A stretch of DNA of 64,000 nucleotides from Candidatus Hydrothermus pacificus (GTDB taxonomy: Bacteria > Hydrothermota > Hydrothermia > Hydrothermales > Hydrothermaceae): NCBI GenBank assembly GCA_002011615.1, contig MTOH01000002.1:207526-271525 (forward strand), written 5' to 3'. Below are positions 38,639 through 47,865 of the stretch, in pieces. Under the pieces are notes generated by a model. That model searched no databases. It was not told the DNA's origin and saw only the letters and a list, made by a program, of their open reading frames with translations. The position numbers and the translations under genes were made by a program. Numbering within the stretch: the first letter of the stretch is position 1; every line of letters begins with the position of its first letter.

Positions 38639-39553
38639 TTGTGTAACGATTCTGTAGAGCATACTAAATTTAAATTTATCTACAGGTACATGAAAAAAGG
38701 TGACGTGCTTATCTTGAATAATACAAAGGTCATACCTGCCAGAATAATTGCGAGAAAAGAGACAGGAGGTAAAGTTGAAATGCTATTTATTGAACAGCTG
38801 AACAAAAATAAATTCACAGCTCTTGTAAAGGGTAAAAACCCTGAGGGCAAAAAACTGTATGTTAAAGACTATATCTTAAAATGTTTTAAAGAAAAAGGAC
38901 AATATGTGTTTGAGATTCAGAATTCAGATTGTAAAAATTTTCTTGATACTGTGGGGTTACCCCCTTTACCTCCTTATATAAGGAGAGCACCCGATGATAT
39001 TGACAGATACTATTATCAGACTGTTTTTGCTCAGAAAGACGGTTCTATTGCGGCTCCTACCGCAAGTTTGCATTTTACAGAAGAGCTTTTAAAGAAAATA
39101 AAAAAAGAAGGTATCAAAATAAAATACATAAATTTAAAGGTGGGAGTGGGAACATTTAATCCTGTAAAAGAAAAATATATAAGTATGCATAAAATGGATG
39201 AGGAATATTATGAAATACCCGATGATACCATTTCTGAAATTATAAAAGCGAGAAAAGATAATAATAAAATTTTTGTTTGTGGAACTACATGCGTTAGAGC
39301 AATTGAATCATACGCTTTAACAGGTAAAAAATCAGGTTTTACAGATCTTTTTATTTATCCTCCTTTTGAATTTAAATTTGTAGATACTATTATTACAAAT
39401 TTTCATCTACCCAGATCTACACCACTTGCACTTGTCTGTGCTTTTGGAGGTAGAGAAAAAATTTTAAAACTTTATGAGCTTGCCAAGAGAACAGGATACA
39501 GGTTCCTAAGTTATGGTGATGCTATGATGCTTCTTAAAAATAATGAGAATTGA
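38639..39553 (+). CDS. queA: S-adenosylmethionine:tRNA ribosyltransferase-isomerase QueA (start uncertain; conserved N-terminus extends upstream to about 38540)
   Basis: QueA motifs (NNTKVIPAR, LPPLPPYI, APTASLHFT, GTTCVRAIES, HLPRSTPLALV). The in-frame region 38540-38638 encodes FNYHLPKSLIAQYP, matching the E. coli QueA N-terminus, but holds no ATG/GTG/TTG. Confidence 0.85.
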   Translation: MCNDSVEHTKFKFIYRYMKKGDVLILNNTKVIPARIIARKETGGKVEMLFIEQLNKNKFTALVKGKNPEGKKLYVKDYILKCFKEKGQYVFEIQNSDCKNFLDTVGLPPLPPYIRRAPDDIDRYYYQTVFAQKDGSIAAPTASLHFTEELLKKIKKEGIKIKYINLKVGVGTFNPVKEKYISMHKMDEEYYEIPDDTISEIIKARKDNNKIFVCGTTCVRAIESYALTGKKSGFTDLFIYPPFEFKFVDTIITNFHLPRSTPLALVCAFGGREKILKLYELAKRTGYRFLSYGDAMMLLKNNEN

Positions 39554-39578
39554 CTTATTTGTTTAAATCTCTTATAAT
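39550..39578 (+). promoter_or_regulatory. Sigma70-type promoter (TTGACT-N17-TATAAT) for the TrkA-like gene; -35 overlaps the queA stop
   Basis: -35 at 39550-39555, -10 at 39573-39578; ATG at 39594 leaves a leader of roughly 9 nt with no SD. Confidence 0.45.
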
Positions 39579-39593
39579 GAAAGTTCTTAAAAA

Positions 39594-40277
39594 ATGATTT
39601 TTTTTGTTATAGGATTGGGTAGATTTGGTAGCACGCTGGCAAGAAGTCTTCATGAAAAAGGTGTTGAAGTGATTGCAATAGATAAAGATAGCGCGAGAAT
39701 TGAGGAAATAGAGGATTTTGTGTCTAAAGCCTATGTGATGGATGCCACAAATGAAAAGGCTTTGAGTTCAGTCGGTGTTAAAGACGCGGATGGAATAGTG
39801 GTTTGCATTACAAGTGACATAGAGGCAAGTATTATGACATGTATGATATTAAAAGATAAGGGTGTAAGAAAGATTATGGCAAAAGCAGGAAGTGAATTGC
39901 ATGCAAAAATTCTTAGAAAAGTGGGAGTGGATAGGGTTATTTTCCCTGAACAGGAGATGGCACACAGGCTGGCAGAGAGTATATATTCACCTCATATATT
40001 TGAAGTGATAGACCTTTCACCCGAATATTCAATTCTTGAAAGGATTACCCCTAAATTTATGGAAGGTAAAGTCATAAGAGATACTAAATTAAGGACAAAA
40101 TATGGAGTTTATATAATTGCTATTAAAAGAAAATTTCCCATAGTGAAAGAAGATGGAAAAACCTCAGTAGAAGAGAAGATTTTTATTGCTCCTTCTGCTG
40201 ATGAGGAAATTTTAAAGGGTGATGTTCTTGTTCTTCTTGGCAAAAAAGAAAACATAGATAAATTTAGAGACCAATGA
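39594..40277 (+). CDS. TrkA/KtrA-type potassium transport regulatory protein (TrkA-N plus TrkA-C)
   Basis: 227 aa; Rossmann GxGxxG (VIGLGRFG) and a C-terminal TrkA-C-like domain. Confidence 0.8.
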   Translation: MIFFVIGLGRFGSTLARSLHEKGVEVIAIDKDSARIEEIEDFVSKAYVMDATNEKALSSVGVKDADGIVVCITSDIEASIMTCMILKDKGVRKIMAKAGSELHAKILRKVGVDRVIFPEQEMAHRLAESIYSPHIFEVIDLSPEYSILERITPKFMEGKVIRDTKLRTKYGVYIIAIKRKFPIVKEDGKTSVEEKIFIAPSADEEILKGDVLVLLGKKENIDKFRDQ

Positions 40278-40543
40278 ATGTGAAAGAAAACATAGAGGAG
40301 CTGATTGATCAGGCAAAGATTCTTTTGTTTTCCCAGAATTATAAAGAAGCAGAAAAAATTTTAAAAAAGATTTTAAAGTTGGATAAAGACAATGTGGATG
40401 CCCTTTATCATCTTGGAATTCTTTATGAGACAGTAAATGAGCATGAAAAAGCAGAGGAAATTTATTTGAAAATCCTTGAAAAAGACCCTGATAATAAAGA
40501 AACAAAAGAAAGGATGGAAAGGTTAAAAAATGAAAAATTTTAG
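40274..40543 (+). CDS. Small TPR-repeat protein
   Basis: 89 aa; two TPR-like helical repeats (AEKILKKILKLDKDNVDALYHLGILYE...AEEIYLKILEKDP). Overlaps neighbours at both ends. Confidence 0.55.
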   Translation: MNVKENIEELIDQAKILLFSQNYKEAEKILKKILKLDKDNVDALYHLGILYETVNEHEKAEEIYLKILEKDPDNKETKERMERLKNEKF

Positions 40544-43500
40544 TAACTTTCCTTTGCTTTTAATTGAAGGTATTCCCAGGCCACTTGTGATTTTCAACTC
40601 TGATGGTATGCTGATATATGCGAATGAAAAGGGTAACAATTTTATAAAGGAATTTTTTAGTGATAACGATGACAGGATTAAAGAATTTCTTACTTCTCTT
40701 TACCAGTCAGAAGAAACAACAGACATTAAAAATCTTAATAAAAGATTAGATTACAAAATTTTAAATCTTATGGATGATACCAAAGTTCTATTTATAGAAA
40801 GAGAAAAAAGTATTATCTCCCCTCATGACCTGATGCAATTCTTTGCTGAAATTTCTCAGATTTCAGATATAAATGCGATATTAAACAAAGTTTCAGATTT
40901 CATTTTACATCAGATGGGGGCAGGTAAAGTTACTATATTCCTCTATAGTGAGAGGGAAAGAGTTTACAGACGAATGGCACTCAGTGTGAGACCGCCTTTT
41001 CGCAAAGAAGATTTTAAAAAGGATATGTTTAACTCAGGGGAAGGTTTGACTGGTAAAGTGATACAGCTGGGGACAACCTTCTATGCCCCGGATGTAGAAA
41101 AAGCCGAACACTATTACAGGTCATCTCCCCATGAGAAATCCGAATTAGTAATTCCTATAAAGGATGACCGTATGGTTTACGGGACCATAGGCGTGGGGTC
41201 TGAAAAAGAGAATGCATTTAGTAAAGAAGACATAAAAACAGTTGAAAAGATAAGCAAGTGGCTGTTGTTTATAGTTAAAAACCTTTATGTTTATCAGGAC
41301 GTTTTGAGAGAGAAAAAGGCGATTGAAATTATTGGCAGGATTTCTGAGATATTTAAGAATAAAAATATCAAACAAGAATACAAAGAATTCATTAATCTCT
41401 TGATAAGAGAATATGGATTTTCCGGAGGCGGAATAGATTGTGAAAATATAAATTTCTGGGTAGGAGAAGGAGAACAGGATTTTGGAAATCTACTTAAAGA
41501 AAAATCTGAAAAGCTCTTAAGTGGTTGTTTTTCAACTGAAAAATTTAATTTTTATGTATTCCCCCTGGAGAACCTGGGAGGATTTTTTGCTTTTTCATCA
41601 AAGAGTTTTTATTCTAACCAGGAGATTGAACATATAGAGGATGTGCTGTCATTCTTGGAAAGTTTCCTCGTAAGGGAAATTAGAAAAGAGATTGGTTCAA
41701 TTCACAGGAAAATCTTTGGGACCTTTATAAAGGGAATTCACGATAACAGAAAAGCCAGCGAGATATACGAAGATTTGTGTAAAGTTTTAAATGAAATTTT
41801 TGATAGTGAAAAAAGTTTTATTATTTATGAAAAGGGTAAGAAATGGAATATGGTTGCTTCTTTTCCCAAGGAGATAGAAATTGATTATTCTTTTCTGGAC
41901 CTGAACATAAAGGATGAGTTTTCAGAAGAAAGGATTACAATGTTTTTTGAAAGAAAAGAAGGTTCTGTGGTTATATCTGTGCTCAAACCACGAAATCTCC
42001 ATTCCATTCGACTGGTTAAAGACACCCTTGGTGATTACCTGGACATGATTTTAAAACTTGAGAGATTCCAGAGAAATTCTGAATTACTTTCAACTTTGCA
42101 GAAACTACTGCAGGCTGAAGTGAGTTCTTTTTCCCTAGTAGAATATCTTGACGAAATATCTAAATTGATAAAAGAAAATCTTGGTTACGCCTTTGTGGGT
42201 ATACTCCTTAGAGAAGGCGACTATTTAAAATTGATTTCTGCATGGGGGTCAGAGAAATATAAAGATTTAAATGTAGACTTAAAAATAGGAGAAGAAGGAA
42301 TTTCAGGTGTTGCCTACAAAAAAGGAGAAACTGTTTACTCTCCTGATGTTAGCAAAGACCCATTTTATGTAAAGGTGTCCGATGAAATAAGTTCAGAAAT
42401 TTCTGTTCCCTTAAAGAGCCCAAAAGGACTTCTTGGAACACTCGTGATTTCATCGTCAAAACCTTATGCATTCTCTGATGAGGATATTGCTTTCCTTGAG
42501 ACTCTCGCTGAGCAGATTTCACTCTTTATCCAAGAAAGGCTTGATAAAGAGGAAAAAGAAGAAATTATCTCTTTTCTGGAAGAAGAATCAAAGTTTAACG
42601 AAATGATAATCAGAAATTTGCCTATAGGTATTGTCGTGATTGATAATGATTTAAAAATTAAAAGAGTTAATGAGGGAATGGTACTGCTTCTTAAAAGAAA
42701 TGTGAAGGAGATGTTAGGGAGTAAGATATGTGAGATTTTATGCAGTCATGAGGAAGAGGGTTATTGCAAAATAAAAGATTCCTTTCTTAATAGAAAAATC
42801 CTTTTTAAAGAAAAGTTTATTATTGATGTTGAAGGGGAAAGTGTGCCCATGGCTGTTACTTCCAGTTTTATTTATACATCTTATAATGTGATAAGTGGAA
42901 TCATACTCATGGTGGAAGATATAAGAGAGGTTGCCAAACTTGAGGAACAACTCAGAAGAAGTGAAAGACTTTCTGCAATAGGTAAAATCGCAGCCTACAT
43001 GGCTCACGAAATTAAGAACCCACTTGCAAGTATTTCCACGGGCATAGAATTCGTGAGTGAAAAATTACCACCTGATGAGAGTGTAAGGGGTTATATGAAT
43101 ATGATTTTAAAGGAGATATACAGGCTTGACAGACTTATAAAAAATCTTCTCAGCTTTGCAAGTAGAAAGCCTTTAAATAAAGTTTCTGTTAATGTTTTTG
43201 AAATACTTAATGAGTGCATAACTCTTTTAACTCCAGAGATAATAGGTAAGGATATAAAGTTAAAGACTGATTTTAAAGAAAAAGAATTGATGGTACACCT
43301 TGACCCTGATCAATTCAAAGAAGTTGTCCTGAATCTTGTTAGAAACGCGATAGATGCCATAGACAAAGATGGAGAGGTAGAACTTGGATTTGAAAAAGTG
43401 GGAAGCAGAGTTGTTTTCTGGTGTAAAGATAACGGTAAGGGAATAAGAGAGGAATATGTTCATAATATATTTGAGCCATTTTTCTCCACTAAAAAAGGTG

Positions 43501-43616
43501 GTTCGGGTCTGGGGCTTGCAATTGTTCATAAGATTGTTGAGGACCATGGTGGTAAGATAGAAGTTGAGTCTGATTATGGTAAAGGAACTATTTTTAAAGT
43601 TTACCTTCCTCTTTGA
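40530..43616 (+). CDS. Cytoplasmic multi-domain sensor histidine kinase (GAF and PAS domains, HisKA, HATPase_c)
   Basis: 1028 aa, no TM segment; GAF-like regions, a PAS-like region, H-box (AAYMAHEIKNPLASI), N box (NLVRNAIDA), G1 (DNGKGI), G2 (GGSGLGLAI). Confidence 0.85.
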   Translation: MKNFSNFPLLLIEGIPRPLVIFNSDGMLIYANEKGNNFIKEFFSDNDDRIKEFLTSLYQSEETTDIKNLNKRLDYKILNLMDDTKVLFIEREKSIISPHDLMQFFAEISQISDINAILNKVSDFILHQMGAGKVTIFLYSERERVYRRMALSVRPPFRKEDFKKDMFNSGEGLTGKVIQLGTTFYAPDVEKAEHYYRSSPHEKSELVIPIKDDRMVYGTIGVGSEKENAFSKEDIKTVEKISKWLLFIVKNLYVYQDVLREKKAIEIIGRISEIFKNKNIKQEYKEFINLLIREYGFSGGGIDCENINFWVGEGEQDFGNLLKEKSEKLLSGCFSTEKFNFYVFPLENLGGFFAFSSKSFYSNQEIEHIEDVLSFLESFLVREIRKEIGSIHRKIFGTFIKGIHDNRKASEIYEDLCKVLNEIFDSEKSFIIYEKGKKWNMVASFPKEIEIDYSFLDLNIKDEFSEERITMFFERKEGSVVISVLKPRNLHSIRLVKDTLGDYLDMILKLERFQRNSELLSTLQKLLQAEVSSFSLVEYLDEISKLIKENLGYAFVGILLREGDYLKLISAWGSEKYKDLNVDLKIGEEGISGVAYKKGETVYSPDVSKDPFYVKVSDEISSEISVPLKSPKGLLGTLVISSSKPYAFSDEDIAFLETLAEQISLFIQERLDKEEKEEIISFLEEESKFNEMIIRNLPIGIVVIDNDLKIKRVNEGMVLLLKRNVKEMLGSKICEILCSHEEEGYCKIKDSFLNRKILFKEKFIIDVEGESVPMAVTSSFIYTSYNVISGIILMVEDIREVAKLEEQLRRSERLSAIGKIAAYMAHEIKNPLASISTGIEFVSEKLPPDESVRGYMNMILKEIYRLDRLIKNLLSFASRKPLNKVSVNVFEILNECITLLTPEIIGKDIKLKTDFKEKELMVHLDPDQFKEVVLNLVRNAIDAIDKDGEVELGFEKVGSRVVFWCKDNGKGIREEYVHNIFEPFFSTKKGGSGLGLAIVHKIVEDHGGKIEVESDYGKGTIFKVYLPL

Positions 43617-43654
43617 GTTTTTTGAGTTGAAATTTTTATAATAAATATATAAAA

Positions 43655-45181
43655 ATGGAAGAAAAATATAAAATTTTAATAGTAGATGACGAGGAGGCGC
43701 TTGTTCTTTTCCTTGCCAAGCTCCTCTCGCAGGAATCTCCTGATTATGAAATAAGAACAGCTTATAATGGTGAAGATGCTATAAAGATGCTGGAAGGGTT
43801 TAGCCCGGATTGCATATTGCAGGATATAAAGCTTCCCGATATTTCAGGAATAGAAGTTCTTAAGGCAGCCAAAGCCCTTGATGAAGATGTTCAGGTGATT
43901 ATGATGACTGCATTTGCCTCTATTGAGACGTCTATAGATGCAGTGAAGATGGGAGCCTATGACTACATTCTCAAACCTTTTAAGGCAGAACAGATTAAAA
44001 TGGTGGTGAAAAATGCTCTGACAAAAAGGCGACTTCTAAGGGAAAACAAGAGATTACTTGAAGATTTAAAACGGGCAAATAAAGAATTACAAATTGCTCA
44101 TGAAAAACTTAAAATAGCTAAAGCCGAGGTTGATAAGGAACTTGAAGAAAAACTGAAGATACTCTCAGAGCTTCATAAAATTAGTGACTCCCTGAATGAA
44201 GAACTTGATTTTGAGAAAATCTGTGGAGGAGTTATTGAGGGTGCTCAAAAAATATTTTCTGTACAGGATGTTGCTCTTCTTTTTAATCAGGAAGAGTCGC
44301 CTGATAATCTGGTTGTGAAGTATCTAAATGGTTTTGATGGTCTTATGGAAAGTGGGATGAACCTGGATTTTTATCATCCCTTTTTCAACAAATTAAAGGA
44401 CCAGAGAACCCCTCAGATTATCGAGTATCAGGAGGGGGAGATTAAAGAAATATGTATCGGTCTTTTACAGACAAGTAAGATGGAACCCTTTGGGACATTT
44501 ATGATAGGGAACAGGAATAATACGGAATCTTTTGCAAAAAAAATGGAACTTTTTGATACCTATTTGAATACAATCTCAATTGCTCTCCAGAATTCCATAC
44601 TTTTAGATACTCTTGAAAGAAGCTATGTGGACAGCCTACTTGCCCTTGTAAAAGCCCAGGAGGCGAAAGACAGGAGTATAAAAGGACATTCATCAAGAAT
44701 CGCAAGAATGAGTCATGTTATGGGTAGAAGACTTGGACTTTCTGAAAAAGAATTGAAAATTCTGAGATATGCTGCACTTCTTCATGATATAGGTAAAATA
44801 GGAATAAGAGAGTATATTCTTGAAAAACCCGCTGAACTTAATAAGGAAGAATACGAAAAGATAAAAGAGCACATAGATATAGGTATAGAAATAATAAAAC
44901 CCTTAAAATTTTTACGGGAAGCCATCCCGATTATAAGACATCACCATGAGAATTATGATGGGACCGGATATCCTGATGGACTTTCAGGTGAAGATATACC
45001 TCTGGGTGCAAGGATTCTCGCAATATGTGATGTATATGATTCTATAACCAATGAAAGAGTTTATTCTAATAAACTCACAAAAGAAGAAGCAATAAATTTT
45101 CTAAAAAAATATTCAGGAACAAAATTTGACCCTTTTATTCTGGAAAAATTTATAAAGGTGATAGGTCATGAAGGAGCCTAA
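43655..45181 (+). CDS. Response regulator with receiver domain and HD-GYP phosphodiesterase domain
   Basis: 508 aa; receiver motifs (ILIVDDE, phospho-acceptor Asp in LQDIKLPD), coiled-coil linker, HD domain (LHDIGKIG) and GYP motif (HHENYDGTGYPDGL). Confidence 0.85.
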   Translation: MEEKYKILIVDDEEALVLFLAKLLSQESPDYEIRTAYNGEDAIKMLEGFSPDCILQDIKLPDISGIEVLKAAKALDEDVQVIMMTAFASIETSIDAVKMGAYDYILKPFKAEQIKMVVKNALTKRRLLRENKRLLEDLKRANKELQIAHEKLKIAKAEVDKELEEKLKILSELHKISDSLNEELDFEKICGGVIEGAQKIFSVQDVALLFNQEESPDNLVVKYLNGFDGLMESGMNLDFYHPFFNKLKDQRTPQIIEYQEGEIKEICIGLLQTSKMEPFGTFMIGNRNNTESFAKKMELFDTYLNTISIALQNSILLDTLERSYVDSLLALVKAQEAKDRSIKGHSSRIARMSHVMGRRLGLSEKELKILRYAALLHDIGKIGIREYILEKPAELNKEEYEKIKEHIDIGIEIIKPLKFLREAIPIIRHHHENYDGTGYPDGLSGEDIPLGARILAICDVYDSITNERVYSNKLTKEEAINFLKKYSGTKFDPFILEKFIKVIGHEGA

Positions 45182-45539
45182 AAAAAGAATTTTATTTGTT
45201 GAAGATGAGGCGCCTCTTGCTTTTTTTGTAAGTCAAATTCTCGGTAGTGATTATGAAGTTGAGAGTGTGAGAACAGCAGAAGACGCATTAGAAAAGTGGA
45301 AAGAAAATCCTTATGAACTCCTTGTAACAGATATAAGACTTCCTGGCATGTCGGGCCTTGAACTTGTTGCACATCTGCAAAGAGAATATCCTGATATTAA
45401 ATTTATAATTGTAACGGCTTATGACTCATTTGATATAAGAGATAAAGTGAAAAAACTGGATGGTCTAAAAGGCTTTTTCCCGAAGCCATTCTCTATAGAA
45501 GAGTTAAGGAATCGAATAAAAGAAATACTCGAGAAATAA
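45168..45539 (+). CDS. Stand-alone CheY-like response regulator receiver protein
   Basis: 123 aa; receiver motifs (ILFVEDE, LLVTDIRLPGMSG, conserved Lys in GFFPKP). Confidence 0.8.
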   Translation: MKEPKKRILFVEDEAPLAFFVSQILGSDYEVESVRTAEDALEKWKENPYELLVTDIRLPGMSGLELVAHLQREYPDIKFIIVTAYDSFDIRDKVKKLDGLKGFFPKPFSIEELRNRIKEILEK

Positions 45540-45543
45540 AAAA

Positions 45544-45616
45544 TGGGCCCGGCAGGACTCGAACCTGCAACCAACGGATTATGAGTCCGCTGCTCTGCCA
45601 GTTGAGCTACGGGCCC
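45544..45616 (-). tRNA. tRNA with CAT anticodon (elongator tRNA-Met, or tRNA-Ile2 if C34 is lysidinylated)
   Basis: Cloverleaf with CUCAUAA anticodon loop and TTCGAGT T-loop; lacks the initiator hallmarks seen in the 31499-31572 tRNA. Confidence 0.8.
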
Positions 45617-45663
45617 GATAAAAAGGTTTATAATTATACTCCAAACTTTTTTTAAAAGTCAAG

Positions 45664-46515
45664 ATGGCGAGGGTTAGAGTAAAAGATGGATATCTTTTAT
45701 TTAGAGAGACACCTCTTATAATGGGGATTCTGAATATAACTCCTGATTCTTTTTATGACGGTGGTAGATATATCAACTTTGAAAAGGCTTTTGCAAGGGC
45801 TTTTGAAATTATTGAACAGGGCGCTGATTTAATAGACATAGGTGGTGAATCTACCAGACCAGGAGCAGAACCTGTCACACTGGAGGAAGAAGAGAGGAGA
45901 GTTATTCCTGTGATAAAAGAAATAAGGAAAAAAAGTGATATACCGATATCCATAGATACATATAAGTCAGAAATTGCTGAGAAAGCTTTGATAGCAGGTG
46001 CAAATATTGTGAATGATATTTCAGGAATGAAATTTGATGAGAAGATGCCTTTTGTAATTAAAAGATATGTTTCCGGTGTTATACTGATGCATATAAGAGG
46101 AACTCCCAGAGATATGCAGAAAAATCCTTATTATGAAAATACTGTGCAGGAAATAAAAAATGAGATTCAAGAAAGAGTGGAGTATGCAAAAAGCTTTGAC
46201 ATAGAAGATGAACAGATAATAATTGACCCTGGAATAGGTTTTGCTAAAAGGGTTTATGACAATCTTATAATACTTAGAGATCTGGAAGAATTTAAGAAAA
46301 TAGGGTATCCTTTATTAATAGGTCATTCCAGAAAATCATTTATCGGGAAAGTGCTGGGTATAGAAGACCCTGAATACAGGAAAGAGGGAACACTTGCGGT
46401 TTCATCCTATTTAATTTTGAAAAAAGCTGATATACTTAGAGTTCACGATGTAAAAGAAACATTTGAATTAAGGAAAATGCTGAAAGCGATTGAAGACCCT
46501 CAAATTTATACCTGA
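45664..46515 (+). CDS. folP: Dihydropteroate synthase
   Basis: 283 aa; pterin-binding motifs (GILNITPDSFYDGG, DIGGESTRPG, DPGIGFAK). Confidence 0.85.
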   Translation: MARVRVKDGYLLFRETPLIMGILNITPDSFYDGGRYINFEKAFARAFEIIEQGADLIDIGGESTRPGAEPVTLEEEERRVIPVIKEIRKKSDIPISIDTYKSEIAEKALIAGANIVNDISGMKFDEKMPFVIKRYVSGVILMHIRGTPRDMQKNPYYENTVQEIKNEIQERVEYAKSFDIEDEQIIIDPGIGFAKRVYDNLIILRDLEEFKKIGYPLLIGHSRKSFIGKVLGIEDPEYRKEGTLAVSSYLILKKADILRVHDVKETFELRKMLKAIEDPQIYT

Positions 46516-47864
46516 ATATATCCTTTTAATATCTTTTCTACATAATCTGTTGTATATGTGGCATTTTTGAACTCTTCTTTTTCAATCAAGAACTTGTAAA
46601 AATCTAAGGTTGTCTCAATCCCCTCTATAATAAATTCATCAATACATCTTTTCAACCTTCTAAGTGTTTCATCTCTTGTTCTTGCATGAACAATAAGTTT
46701 TGCAATTAATGAGTCATAAAAAGATGGAACAGTGTAACCATGATAGATATAGGAGTCTATTCTCACTCCGGGACCGGTTGGGAAATGAAGTTTTTCTATT
46801 CTTCCAGGTGAGGGTAGAAATCCTTTCTTAGGGTCTTCTGCATTTATTCGTAGTTCTATTGAATGGCCATTGATTTTTATCTCATCCTGGTCTATGTTCA
46901 GAGGCTCATTTTCTGCAATCTTGATTTGAAGTTTAATAAGGTCAAAGCCAGTTATGAATTCTGTTACAGGATGTTCCACCTGGATTCGTGTGTTCATTTC
47001 TATAAAATAAAAATTTTTATCTTCGTCCATAATAAACTCCATTGTTCCCACACTGTTATAATTTAAAGCCTTTATCCCTCTTACTGCCATTTCGGTAAGC
47101 TTTTTCCTCTGTTCATCATTTATTGAAGGACTTGGTGCTTCCTCAATCAGTTTTTGATGTCTTCTCTGAGTTGAACATTCTCTCTCAAAAAAGTGGAGGT
47201 ATAAATCTTTTCCGTTTCCTGCAACCTGAACTTCTATGTGTTTTGGTTTTTTAATAAATTTTTCTATATAGACCCTATCATCTTTAAAAGCTGAAAGAGC
47301 CTCTGCTTTTGCAGTCCTGAAATTTATTTCAAAATCTTTTTCATTCCTTGCAACTCTCATACCTCTGCCTCCACCTCCACCTGCTGCCTTTATAAGCACG
47401 GGAAAACCTATCTCTTTTGCAATATCCATCCCATCTTTAAAATCATTTATGGGCTCATCACATCCAGGCACAACACTCACACCTGCCTTTTTCATAAAAT
47501 TTTTGGCATATATTTTATCTCCCATTTTCTGAATTATATCTGGTGATGGCCCAATAAATTTAAAGTCCGAGGTTTCCACTATTTCAGCAAAGTCAGGATT
47601 TTCAGCGAACATACCATACCCGGGATGTATCGCATCACAACCTGTTATTTCAGCTGCCCCGATTATTCTTGATGGATTCAGATAACTCTCCATAAGTGCC
47701 GGAGGACCGATACAAACTGCCTGGTCTGCAAGATATACATGTAAAGAATCTTTATCCGCTTCTGAGTATACAGCGACTGTCTCAATCCCCAGTTCTTTGC
47801 AGGCATTTATAATTCTTACAGCTATTTCTCCCCTGTTTGCGATTAGAATTCTTTTAAATCTCAT
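46506..47864 (-). CDS. accC: Biotin carboxylase (acetyl-CoA carboxylase or pyruvate carboxylase biotin carboxylase subunit)
   Basis: 452 aa; ATP-grasp biotin carboxylase motifs (ILIANRGEIAVRI, GGGGRGMRV, EMNTRIQVEHPVTE). Confidence 0.85.
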   Translation of the reverse strand: MRFKRILIANRGEIAVRIINACKELGIETVAVYSEADKDSLHVYLADQAVCIGPPALMESYLNPSRIIGAAEITGCDAIHPGYGMFAENPDFAEIVETSDFKFIGPSPDIIQKMGDKIYAKNFMKKAGVSVVPGCDEPINDFKDGMDIAKEIGFPVLIKAAGGGGGRGMRVARNEKDFEINFRTAKAEALSAFKDDRVYIEKFIKKPKHIEVQVAGNGKDLYLHFFERECSTQRRHQKLIEEAPSPSINDEQRKKLTEMAVRGIKALNYNSVGTMEFIMDEDKNFYFIEMNTRIQVEHPVTEFITGFDLIKLQIKIAENEPLNIDQDEIKINGHSIELRINAEDPKKGFLPSPGRIEKLHFPTGPGVRIDSYIYHGYTVPSFYDSLIAKLIVHARTRDETLRRLKRCIDEFIIEGIETTLDFYKFLIEKEEFKNATYTTDYVEKILKGYIQV

Positions 47865-47865
47865 T

